64,000 bases of DNA, from NCBI GenBank assembly GCA_014896535.1, contig JADBKE010000007.1, forward strand, positions 68,571 to 132,570, given 5' to 3'. A model generated the notes under the pieces. The model made no database searches, was not told the DNA's origin, and saw nothing but the letters and a program-made list of their open reading frames with translations. The stretch's first letter is position 1. Every line of letters starts with the position of its first letter. A program made the position numbers and the translations under genes. The DNA comes from Candidatus Fermentithermobacillaceae bacterium (GTDB lineage: Bacteria > Bacillota > Sulfobacillia > Fermentithermobacillales > DUSS01). Of the stretch, positions 30,651-39,523 are shown in pieces.

Positions 30651-31394
30651 TTACTTTCCAGCTGCTCCATGGAAGTCTGACCCAGACTCGGCTGCCAGAA
30701 GCTCTGTTTTTTCACCTCCCTCGGTGAGCGAACGCAGAAGCGACCGTGCTGCAGCGTAGCGGTGCTGCTTCGTAAGTTGCTCTGCCTTGTCGGCATCGTG
30801 ATTACGAAGAGCCTCTACCAGGGCTCTATGTTCGTCTCGGGAGGCTTCCAGCCTTGAGGGATCCAGGATGAAAACCGAGCGAGAGCGCTCTGCGCCGTAC
30901 CACAGTTCGTCTATCATTTTGAGTAAGCGCTTATAAGGAGAAAGTGAGAAAATCATTTTATGAAACTCCTGGTTCAGTAAACCGTAGGTAACCGCATCTT
31001 TTCGTTTCACGCACTCATCCATTTGCTTCAACAATTCCTCGAGTTCGACGATGTCCTCCGGCCCGATCCTTTCTGCTGCCGTTCTTGCGGCGAGACCCTC
31101 CAGTACGGCTCGAATTGCCAGGACTTCCTCCATTTCCAGGGGATCGAGTTTTGCCACTTCTGCACCAGCGTGGGGTATAACGGTTACAAGCCCTTCAGCC
31201 TGAAGGCGCTTTATCGCTTCGCGCACCGGTATTTCGGACACCTGTAGCTGCTCGGCTATCCATTTCTGACCGAGGCGCGTACCAGGTCTCAGGTTTCCGC
31301 TGATTATGTTTTCTCTGAGAACGCGGTAAACGTACTCGCTTTTGGTGGTCACAGGTCTGTCGGTGGCAGTCGTTAGGAGTAAGGGGTGCTGCAT
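30651..31394 (-). CDS. GntR/FadR-family transcriptional regulator
   Basis: HTH (LQVSEIPVREAIKRL) plus FCD domain (NQEFH, EHRAL); GGAGG RBS before ATG 31394. Confidence 0.92.
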   Translation of the reverse strand: MQHPLLLTTATDRPVTTKSEYVYRVLRENIISGNLRPGTRLGQKWIAEQLQVSEIPVREAIKRLQAEGLVTVIPHAGAEVAKLDPLEMEEVLAIRAVLEGLAARTAAERIGPEDIVELEELLKQMDECVKRKDAVTYGLLNQEFHKMIFSLSPYKRLLKMIDELWYGAERSRSVFILDPSRLEASRDEHRALVEALRNHDADKAEQLTKQHRYAAARSLLRSLTEGGEKTELLAAESGSDFHGAAGK

Positions 31395-31425
31395 ACGAGG
31401 TACCTCCATCTCGTTTGTAAGGCAA

Positions 31426-31457
31426 GTATATTATATACAATATACAAGCCACGTCAA
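31426..31457 (-). promoter_or_regulatory. SigA-type promoter overlapped by a palindromic GntR-type operator
   Basis: Minus strand TTGACG-16 nt-TATAAT; palindrome GTATATT-N6-AATATAC (31426-31445) covers the -10 box. Confidence 0.7.
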
Positions 31458-31762
31458 CGGGGCCGGGTTGACGGTCAAAATCCCACGGCTCTTTACGCAG
31501 AGTCCTCACAGTCTTGCTGTAGCCGACATCAGCGGTGTAATATCCAGTCGAGTTAGGCAGTGAGGAAGGAATCCCGGCTCCACTCTTACCGTGGCTCTTT
31601 CGCTCATTTTGTGACCTGTGGGACGCACGGTCAGCCCGAGAATCTGATTATAGGCACATCGAATTTGACCGGAAAAACGTCCTGGCTTTATGCGGCTAAC
31701 ACGGATTGCAACCGTCGGCGTCCGGCATTTGCCTTTGTGCTTCCGAAAGGAGCGTAGAACCG

Positions 31763-32809
31763 ATGGAATTCACAAAGACCAGCGGCGGTCGTACGGTATC
31801 GCTGTATGTTGGCAGCAGTGAGAACATGATCCACGTCCGCGATGACTCCGTATCGCTCACAGTCACGTCTCCACCATATTGGAACGCAATCGACTATGAT
31901 AGGCACGCCGAAAATCCCGAGCAGTCATACCGCACGCGTCAATACAAGAGCGGGTTTGACGACTACCAATCATACATCACCTGGGCTACGCGGATATTCG
32001 GCGAGGTACTAAAGAAAACCCGGCCCGGTGGTTTTCTGGCCGTAGTTGTTGGCACCGTCCTGTGCGATGGAGTTCTCTACCCGGTACCGTTCGACCTCGT
32101 CTCAAGCCTCACGAGGTCCGGGTGGCTGTTTCACCAAGACATCGTCTGGCATAAAGTCACCGCAGGCGTCAAAAGAGCCGGCGTGTTCATCCAGCATCCG
32201 TATCCGGGTTACTACCACCCCAACATCATGAACGAGTATATCCTCATTTTCAGAAAACCTGGTGCTCCGATTCACCGCACCGTGGCGCCCGAAGTAAAGG
32301 CAAACGCAAAATACCAGATAGATGCGCTTTTTACCAAAGAAATAGCCAACAACGTATGGCACATCGCGCCTGTGCCCCCGGGCACCCTGAATCATCCGTG
32401 CCCGTTCCCCGAAGACATCCCTTTCAGACTGATCCAACTTTACTCGTATCCCGGCGACACGGTTTTGGACCCCTTCCTCGGCTCCGGTCAAACAACGAAG
32501 GTTGCGTGGGCGCTTGGCAGAAGTACCATTGGGTACGACATAGTAGAAGAATATGTCAGGTATGCATTTCAACGTCTTGACGAACCGCTGGCTGTAAGAG
32601 AAAAACAGCTTGTTGCCGAATACAAGCACGCCGACCTCGGTGCTCCTCTTGGAGCGCTCGGAAGAGCGAGGCACGGTAGGACGCGGCACGGCGCGGGGTT
32701 GCGCAGCCGAAAGCGGAATGACGAACCAAAGGAGGGGGACCCAGGTGCCATTCCAGAGGGAAAGAGAAGGATACCTCTCATTAAAGAGAATGATTCAAAC
32801 GGACTCTGA
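31763..32809 (+). CDS. Site-specific DNA methyltransferase (N4-C/N6-A, beta class)
   Basis: TSPPY precedes HPCPFP and DPFLGSG; AAAGGAG RBS before ATG 31763. Confidence 0.9.
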   Translation: MEFTKTSGGRTVSLYVGSSENMIHVRDDSVSLTVTSPPYWNAIDYDRHAENPEQSYRTRQYKSGFDDYQSYITWATRIFGEVLKKTRPGGFLAVVVGTVLCDGVLYPVPFDLVSSLTRSGWLFHQDIVWHKVTAGVKRAGVFIQHPYPGYYHPNIMNEYILIFRKPGAPIHRTVAPEVKANAKYQIDALFTKEIANNVWHIAPVPPGTLNHPCPFPEDIPFRLIQLYSYPGDTVLDPFLGSGQTTKVAWALGRSTIGYDIVEEYVRYAFQRLDEPLAVREKQLVAEYKHADLGAPLGALGRARHGRTRHGAGLRSRKRNDEPKEGDPGAIPEGKRRIPLIKENDSNGL

Positions 32810-32989
32810 ACTTCGTGAGAATCTGACAGATTCCGTATTCGATGTACTTTATATCGTTGCCTCGGCTGGCTATAGTCGGTGAACCATCAAGGACTCAGAT
32901 CGCTTCAGCAATCATTGCTTCGCACGTGTTGGTCCACTATCCCAAACTGTTTGGGCACTCTCCCTCCTTGGAGCCGCGAGAAGAAATGC

Positions 32990-33478
32990 GAAGGGACGCG
33001 GTCAAAGGGGGGCTTTTGATGGGCCCCATGTACCATCTCATTCGGCGAGAGGACAGGATGAAGGCCCTGGGCGAGCTTCGCCGTGTTCTGAAGCCTGGTG
33101 GCGTGGCGGTGGTGGCCTATCCCAATTCCTGGGGAATACTGAGGTCGCTTCTGACAGAGAATCCGACGTACTATGAAAGCAAGGAAAAGATCTTTGCGCT
33201 TACCCGGAAATTCAACAATAGCCGTCCGGGGGAGGTTTCACCGAGGCGTACTTCACAATTCCCTCAAAGGCCACCGCAGAATTGCAGGAAGCAGCCTTCA
33301 CTATCCTGTGCTATGCTGGCGCAGAAAGCTACGCCTCAGGATGCATCGAACCTTTGACCAGAATGAGCCAGGAAAACCCCGGCGCTTACAAGAACGTGCT
33401 CGAGACTGCGGCAGCGCTTTCCGAGGAGCCCCCTGGCGTGATTCCACGGAGCACGTTCATTTTGTTGTGAGGAAATGA
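32990..33478 (+). pseudogene. Class I SAM-dependent methyltransferase, C-terminal remnant
   Basis: LLMGPMYHL..LRRVLKPGG / FTEAYF..ELQEAAF..AGAES / WRDSTEHVHFVVRK across two frameshifts; N-terminus missing. Confidence 0.7.
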
Positions 33479-33515
33479 GATGCACTGAGAAACGCAATCG
33501 GGGGAGGGATCTCCT

Positions 33516-35318
33516 TTGTCTCAGTCCTATATCATCACCGACGTGGGAAGCACCACCACTAAGGCAATACTCGTCGGAGAAAAGAACGGCGAATACAGGC
33601 TCCTCGGACGCGGTGAAGCGCCTACTACGGTCGAGTTGCCTTACGAGGATGTGACTTACGGCGTCATCAACGCTGTCAGGGATCTGGAGGATAGTACTGG
33701 CAGAAAGCTCCTTTGCGAAGAACCTGGCACCAGCTGCCCACTGAAGCATCCAGGTTCCGAAGTCAGGTATCTGTCTACTTCAAGCGCCGGCGGGGGATTG
33801 CAAGTCCTGGTCTTCGGCGTCATGAAGGGCGTAAGCGCGGAGAGCGCAAGTCGCGCGGCCTTAGGTGCGGGAGCCATATTGCTGGACGTGATGGCGGTAG
33901 ATGACGGAAGGCCAACCTTCGCAAGAGTCGACGCTATTCGTAATGCTCGACCAGACATAGTTTTGATTGCGGGTGGGTATGATGGCGGCAACGCGGCCTT
34001 TGCCCTGGAAATATGCGATCTTTTGAACCTTGCAAGGCCAAAACCCAGATTCGGCAAGGGTTTCACAATCCCGGTGGTATACGCCGGAAACAAGGATGCC
34101 GCCCCGCTTGTCCGGGATACCCTGAGCGAAGGCTTCGACCTGAAGGTCGTAGAGAACCTCCGCCCCACTCTGGAGCGGGAAGTTCTGGAGCCTGCCAGGA
34201 CTGCCATCCATGAACTCTTTATGTCTCACGTCATGGCCCATGCTCCGGGCTACGAAAAGCTAAGGTCATGGGTGGATGCTGACATCCTTCCCACCCCGGC
34301 AGCAGTAGGGCGCATGATGGAAGTCCTGGCCTACCGGCATAGGGCCAACCTTCTGGGAGTTGACATCGGAGGAGCAACCACGGATGTCTTCTCCGTCATA
34401 GACGGATCCTTCCACCGTTCCGTCAGCGCCAACCTGGGAATGAGCTATTCGGCAGGTAATGTCCTGATTGAAGCAGGTGTCGAAAACGTGTTACGCTGGC
34501 TTCCCTTTGAAGTTCCCTGGCACCAGGTTGCGGACAGGGTTTTCACCAAGCTGATTAACCCGACCACGGTCCCCAGGACGCTTATGGACCTCCAGATAGA
34601 ACAGGCTCTGGCCACGGAAGCTTTGCGGCTGGCCTTCGTCCAGCACAAAGAGATAGCTTCAAGCCTCCCCGTTCAGATGTCTCCCCTCATGGCCATGTTA
34701 ACCGGCCAGGATGAGCAGGTCAGGGCCAGAACTCGCCGAACCTCTTTGGTAGATATATCTGACGTGGACATTATCGTCGGTTCGGGAGGAGTACTATCCC
34801 ACGCTCCGAAAAGAGCTCAGGCAGCTTTGATGCTCATAAACGCCTTCCAACCGGTAGGAGTCACACACCTTGCAATAGATAGCATCTTCATGATGCCTAA
34901 CCTGGGAGTCCTGTCTCAGCTGGAGCCCGAAATGGCGCTTCATGTTCTCGAAAGAGACTGTTTCGTGCGGTTGGGTCCGGTTGTTGCGCCTGAGGGAGAG
35001 GTAACACCCGGCGAGCCGGCTTTAGCTGTCACGATAAGGCACCACAGCGGCGGACAAGAAGCCATAGTCAACGGAGGAGATATTCACGTTTTCCCTCTCC
35101 GGGCGGGTGATGAGGTGGAAATCGAGGTGGAGGCTCTGGGCGGTCTGTCTATAGGGGGAGGGTCCAGGGCAAAGTTTAAGACGTCCGGCGGGGTCCTGGG
35201 ACTCATAGCAGATTGCCGCGGGAGGCCTTTGAAGTTCCCCAAAGATCCAGGAGAAAGAGCAGCGCTGGTCTCCAAATGGCAACATCAGATCGGTGCATAC
35301 GGGGAGGGGTGTCGGTGA
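33516..35318 (+). CDS. GlmL/MutL-family (glutamate mutase L-like) ASKHA ATPase
   Basis: DVGSTTTK, SSAGGGL, YAGN, PTPAAV, DIGGATTDVFS and GSGGVL. Confidence 0.85.
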   Translation: MSQSYIITDVGSTTTKAILVGEKNGEYRLLGRGEAPTTVELPYEDVTYGVINAVRDLEDSTGRKLLCEEPGTSCPLKHPGSEVRYLSTSSAGGGLQVLVFGVMKGVSAESASRAALGAGAILLDVMAVDDGRPTFARVDAIRNARPDIVLIAGGYDGGNAAFALEICDLLNLARPKPRFGKGFTIPVVYAGNKDAAPLVRDTLSEGFDLKVVENLRPTLEREVLEPARTAIHELFMSHVMAHAPGYEKLRSWVDADILPTPAAVGRMMEVLAYRHRANLLGVDIGGATTDVFSVIDGSFHRSVSANLGMSYSAGNVLIEAGVENVLRWLPFEVPWHQVADRVFTKLINPTTVPRTLMDLQIEQALATEALRLAFVQHKEIASSLPVQMSPLMAMLTGQDEQVRARTRRTSLVDISDVDIIVGSGGVLSHAPKRAQAALMLINAFQPVGVTHLAIDSIFMMPNLGVLSQLEPEMALHVLERDCFVRLGPVVAPEGEVTPGEPALAVTIRHHSGGQEAIVNGGDIHVFPLRAGDEVEIEVEALGGLSIGGGSRAKFKTSGGVLGLIADCRGRPLKFPKDPGERAALVSKWQHQIGAYGEGCR

Positions 35319-36394
35319 AAAGGACCGAGATACGTAAGACTCGAGCGGTTCCTCCTACCGCCAGGTTGCTCGTATCGGTAGGTGACCGGGTTAATCCGGA
35401 TACTCCCATAGCTCGCGTCGAAACCATTCCCGGCAAGCTCTGGCGGGTTAATGTCAGCCGGGCTCTGGGCATCGATGCCGGCGACATCCGGCCCTTCGTA
35501 CTGAAAAGCCCGGGTCAGACCGTGGTCCAAGGCGAAGTGATCGCCGCGGCGTGCGATTATTTTGAGCCTCGCTCGGTAACTGCACCGGTTTCGGGCGTCA
35601 TGGCTCTCGTTTCCAAGCACCTTGGAAACGTCTATATCAGAGAGACCGTTGAGCTCGGAGAAGCCACAGGCCCGGTAACGGTGGAAGTCAGCAACAGGTT
35701 GGGAGTGCACCCCCGTCAGGTGAAAGATTTCCTCAACCGTGGCGTGGAGGCCGGGCGTTTTGTGATGAAAGGAGAGATCCTTGCGTCAATCCAGTGGGGA
35801 CCGAAGCCGCGTACCGTGGAGTCGCCTATCTTTGGGAAGATCAGAGAGATATCTCTTAAGACCGGAACGATCACCATTGAGCCAGCATTCAAATCTCTAG
35901 AGATCGACGCTTACCTCGAAGGCACCGTCACACGCATCGGCCCGGAGGAAGTCGAGATCACCGGGGTCGCCACTTTGCTGAACGGTGTGTGGGGGCTCGG
36001 AGGCGAAGCCCATGGGGTCCTTCACGTTATGGAAGGGGACCTCGAGGTCCGGGATTCCTTACCGAAAGGAGCTGTAGTCGTGGCTTCCGGAACTGCCAGC
36101 TACGAAGCGCTTGACCTGTGCAGGGAGAGGGGAGTCGCAGGTGTGATCCTTGGTTATCTCGGGTCGGAAACGCTCCTGAGATTTGCAGGTCCGGAGCTGA
36201 ATATGGGCATAACCGGAGGCGAAAATGTTCCTTTCCCGGTCATCCTGATGGAGGGATTTCTCCCCGCGGACATGAAACCCGAGACTTTCGAAACCTTCGC
36301 CGAGTTTCATGGCACCACAGTATCGTTGAATGGCACGACACACATACGGGCAGGAGTCATCCGACCCGAGATTATCCTGTTTGGAAAGCCATGA
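35315..36394 (+). CDS. Hypothetical protein with repeated barrel-sandwich-hybrid-like units, GlmL-associated
   Basis: GTGA overlap with the GlmL-like gene; repeats VSVGDRV, QTVVQGEVIA..APVSG, VMKGEILA..SPIFG; C-terminal TTHIRAGVIRPEI. Confidence 0.7.
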   Translation: MKRTEIRKTRAVPPTARLLVSVGDRVNPDTPIARVETIPGKLWRVNVSRALGIDAGDIRPFVLKSPGQTVVQGEVIAAACDYFEPRSVTAPVSGVMALVSKHLGNVYIRETVELGEATGPVTVEVSNRLGVHPRQVKDFLNRGVEAGRFVMKGEILASIQWGPKPRTVESPIFGKIREISLKTGTITIEPAFKSLEIDAYLEGTVTRIGPEEVEITGVATLLNGVWGLGGEAHGVLHVMEGDLEVRDSLPKGAVVVASGTASYEALDLCRERGVAGVILGYLGSETLLRFAGPELNMGITGGENVPFPVILMEGFLPADMKPETFETFAEFHGTTVSLNGTTHIRAGVIRPEIILFGKP

Positions 36395-36418
36395 CCAGAG
36401 TATGGGAGTGACGGGCTG

Positions 36419-37651
36419 ATGAAAGACTTCAGTTTGAGCTCGGTTGGCTCGGGAGAAATTGGATCGCTAAAGGACTCTGGCCCGACGGCGGAGGACTGGT
36501 TCCTCTGCGTGAACTTCTACAGCGCGGGCGATATCATTGAGACTTACGGGGCCTGGCCGTACCATGTCTTGACTCCAAGGATCTTGGCCGATTTGTATAA
36601 TATGCCCTCCAGCACGCCGCTTGAGCAAGAACCGGCGGCTCGATCTTTTTTCAAAGTGCTGGAAGGCAGGATAGCTCCTGCTTTCCCCTTCCTTGGTGAA
36701 GAGGAAGGCAGCACATTGGAAAGCTTTTTTGCCAATCACCGGAGAGAGGTTTACCCGCCTGTCAAAGACCTTTTCTTAAGGCTGGCCGGCATCGAGAGTC
36801 CCGCTCCTCGGGAAGCTTCGCATGGAACGGGTGGGCTTTCCGACAAAGTGCTTCTTATATTCCAGCACCTCCTCATCTTGCGCCTCCGAGAAGAAGAAAG
36901 GAAGGCCGGCCTCTGGGAAAAAAGGACTCCTGCTCAAAAGAAAGGAACGCTGTTCGCGCTCAACCCCAGTAGCCGCACGACCTTTACCAGGATCAAAGCT
37001 CTTCCCGTGGGCAGGGACACGAGGCTTGCTTTCCCATGGGGCGGAATCTACAAAGCCTATGGAAAACTCTTGCCCCTGATGGAGAATAGGTACACTAAAT
37101 TCATCTTTTCTACGGCAGATGAGAATCTCCGCATGCTAATAGATGGTCACGTACTTAAACCGTTGGTCCTCTCGGGGCTCATGAAGCTCGAAGGTGACAT
37201 CGCGAATATGCAGAAGGGCGCGTATCTCATTCCCAACGTCCCTTCCGTATCTTGGGGCGAGATTGAAGGTCTGATGGAAGAAATCTCGATGGCTGCGCGG
37301 GATGTAGCACGAAAGACTCGCCCCCTCATACCGGACCTAGTGGATCTGTGGAGGTCTTCAAGGTATTCGTACCTCGATGGGCATGGTGATTTCGTTGAAA
37401 TGGCCTATACCGTCCTTTTGGGGCTTCTCATCTTTTGGGCAAACCAAGATGGAATTCTTCCCGACCCACCCGAGTTCAGCCTTGCTGGAAATTACGCAGC
37501 TGTGAAACGAACGTTTTGGGAGATTCTTTGCGGCAGGTACCCGCCTCTGCCGGGGATCGTTGTGCTCAAGGGCGCGAAAAGGGCGTGGGATTGGATCTTG
37601 AAACAGGCGGAAGGCGAAAACGTAACGGTCCGGGCCGTAGCGGTCCCTTAG
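36419..37651 (+). CDS. Hypothetical protein (410 aa)
   Basis: Long ORF with GGGAG RBS, co-directional with the GlmL module; no motif recognised. Confidence 0.6.
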   Translation: MKDFSLSSVGSGEIGSLKDSGPTAEDWFLCVNFYSAGDIIETYGAWPYHVLTPRILADLYNMPSSTPLEQEPAARSFFKVLEGRIAPAFPFLGEEEGSTLESFFANHRREVYPPVKDLFLRLAGIESPAPREASHGTGGLSDKVLLIFQHLLILRLREEERKAGLWEKRTPAQKKGTLFALNPSSRTTFTRIKALPVGRDTRLAFPWGGIYKAYGKLLPLMENRYTKFIFSTADENLRMLIDGHVLKPLVLSGLMKLEGDIANMQKGAYLIPNVPSVSWGEIEGLMEEISMAARDVARKTRPLIPDLVDLWRSSRYSYLDGHGDFVEMAYTVLLGLLIFWANQDGILPDPPEFSLAGNYAAVKRTFWEILCGRYPPLPGIVVLKGAKRAWDWILKQAEGENVTVRAVAVP

Positions 37652-37849
37652 GGTGCCTTAGTAAGGAAACTGCTCGACCGCGCTGCGTATGCCACCTAAG
37701 AAAGCACGTAAAATCACGGCATCTTGAGGCCGACAGTGAGAAACTAGTAGGCCCGCGGAACTCCGCATGATGGTGCCCCAGGCCCGCGCAGCACCCGCCA
37801 GTCTGGACGCCCAAGACTGACCAGACAGCCGGGATTCGTCAATACATCT

Positions 37850-38364
37850 TCGCGTAGTACTTTGTATCATGGGGTGCCAGGAGAACCGTTTCTGCGACAT
37901 GCTGATGCTCGAACGCATCATCTGGACCCACTTGTCGCGCCTATCGTAATAACTCGGTAGGACCCCGCCGAAAGGCACCTTATACAGCGACTCCAAATCG
38001 TGCGCCTCTGAACCCTCGACGCCGTCCCCGAATTGCCAGCCGTTCACCCCGTGAACACAGGCTTCCGGCCACCACCCGTCGAGGATGCTCAGGTTTAACA
38101 CACCGTTCATAGCAGCTTTCATACCTGAGGTGCCGCAGGCCTCGAGAGGACGCCCGGGGGTTATTGAGCCAAACATCCGAACCCCTGGTCATGAGCCGGC
38201 CGATTTTCATGTCGTAGTTCTCGAGGAAGACCACGCTCTTTGGGATACTTCGGGGCGTAGCGAACCAGATTTGCAACTAGCTCCTTGCCCGTATCGTCCT
38301 GCGGGTGCGCCTTTCCGGAAAAGAACATCTGAATACGCCCGTCTTCCGGGTAAGGTTCAATCAC
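37850..38364 (-). pseudogene. glgP: Alpha-glucan (glycogen) phosphorylase C-terminal fragment
   Basis: FSGKAHPQD / VVFLENYDM..GSDVWLNNP / EACGTSGMKAAMNGVLNLSILDGWW spread over three frames; N-terminal two-thirds absent. Confidence 0.85.
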
Positions 38365-38491
38365 CTCCGACCCCGTATGTCAACGGCGACTCTCACGCCC
38401 GTGTCCCCCGGTTGCCGAAAAGCAGAACCCGTCAACTGGGTGCCGCTTCTCAGTGCCCGGCGATGAGAGCGGCGGTGCTCAATTCCGGTAG

Positions 38492-38686
38492 CCAGCATTA
38501 TCACCGCCGCCTCGCCGGCTCATTTGGGAGTCACGGTCCCTTAGTCGCCCTCGGTTTCGGAAGCGTTTATTTCCCGAGCGTCCTCATATTCTCCGCTGTC
38601 CTGTGCAAGCACCGTTCCGTTAATCGACTCATTTTGGAATTCCATTAAACCTCAGTTAGAAGCAGATTAAACCTGAGCTTAAGGAT
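38492..38686. repeat. Deleted duplicate of the PepSY gene 3' end fused to its promoter region
   Basis: 38492-38622 resembles 45609-45729; 38624-38686 matches 46341-46403 with one mismatch; the intervening 0.6 kb or so is missing. Confidence 0.9.
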
Positions 38687-38691
38687 CGGCT

Positions 38692-39019
38692 ATGGCGAGA
38701 ATCCAAGCTATGACCGGTCCCGAACAGGCGCACGGCGACTATAACCATGTAGATCTTGACGACCCGGAGTTAATAGGGTCGGCGGATGACGGCAGGATAT
38801 TAGTGCAAATCGCCGCTCCGGACGGGCGGGTATTGAACGCTTCAGGGACTTTGAGAGGCACCCTCCTGCCCCCAGGATACGTTGGTCCCCCAGTGCTGTC
38901 AGAAGTGAATGGACAACCAATGATCATCGCAGGAGAACGACTGGCCGGCGGGGCGCTGGTTCAGGTGGCCCGACCCGTGGGAAGGGAGAGAGCGTTTCTC
39001 AGGATGCTGGCCGGGGTTA
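38692..39019 (+). pseudogene. Probable sensor histidine kinase extracytoplasmic-domain fragment
   Basis: LVQIAAPDGRVL..S and VQVARPV..ERAFLRML pattern typical before TM2 of OmpR-partner kinases; no kinase core. Confidence 0.45.
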
Positions 39020-39020
39020 T

Positions 39021-39340
39021 TTCATACTCGTCCCGCTTCTGTTCGCTTGACTGATAGACGCATATGCCCTTGATAGCCTCGGCCTGGAAAACGGGGTGCT
39101 GCTCCTCGAGAAAAACAAGGTCCAGCCTCAGAGGTTTGAAGAGCTCTTCCAACTCGTTGTAAAGTCTCGCGTAAAAGGAAGGACGCTCTGAGGGTCCGGG
39201 AAGAGGACCGTCGGTTACCACGCCCACGTCGATATCGCTCAGGGGGTCATCCTCCACCACTTTTTCCCCAGCGAGGATCTTAACCCCCGTGCAGGCGCGG
39301 GAACCGAACAGGTATACCAGCGAGAACCCCAGTCTGTATG
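39021..39340 (-). pseudogene. Minimal nucleotidyltransferase (MntA-like) fragment
   Basis: LVYLFGSRA...SDIDVGV...LDLVFL; no start codon, 3' end truncated, no HEPN partner. Confidence 0.7.
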
Positions 39341-39523
39341 CGCATCACAAGAGTGACCCGCAAAGTATGGCTGCCCGACAAGTACGGAAGCGTACCGCCG
39401 TATGTAGTTGACACCAACTTTCTCGTAAACGAGGACAGCCGGACCATAGGTAAGCTCTACGGTTGGTTGTCCGAGGAGCGCGCCCCCAAGCAGATAGTTA
39501 CCAGGGCTGCTCGGTTGTGCAGG

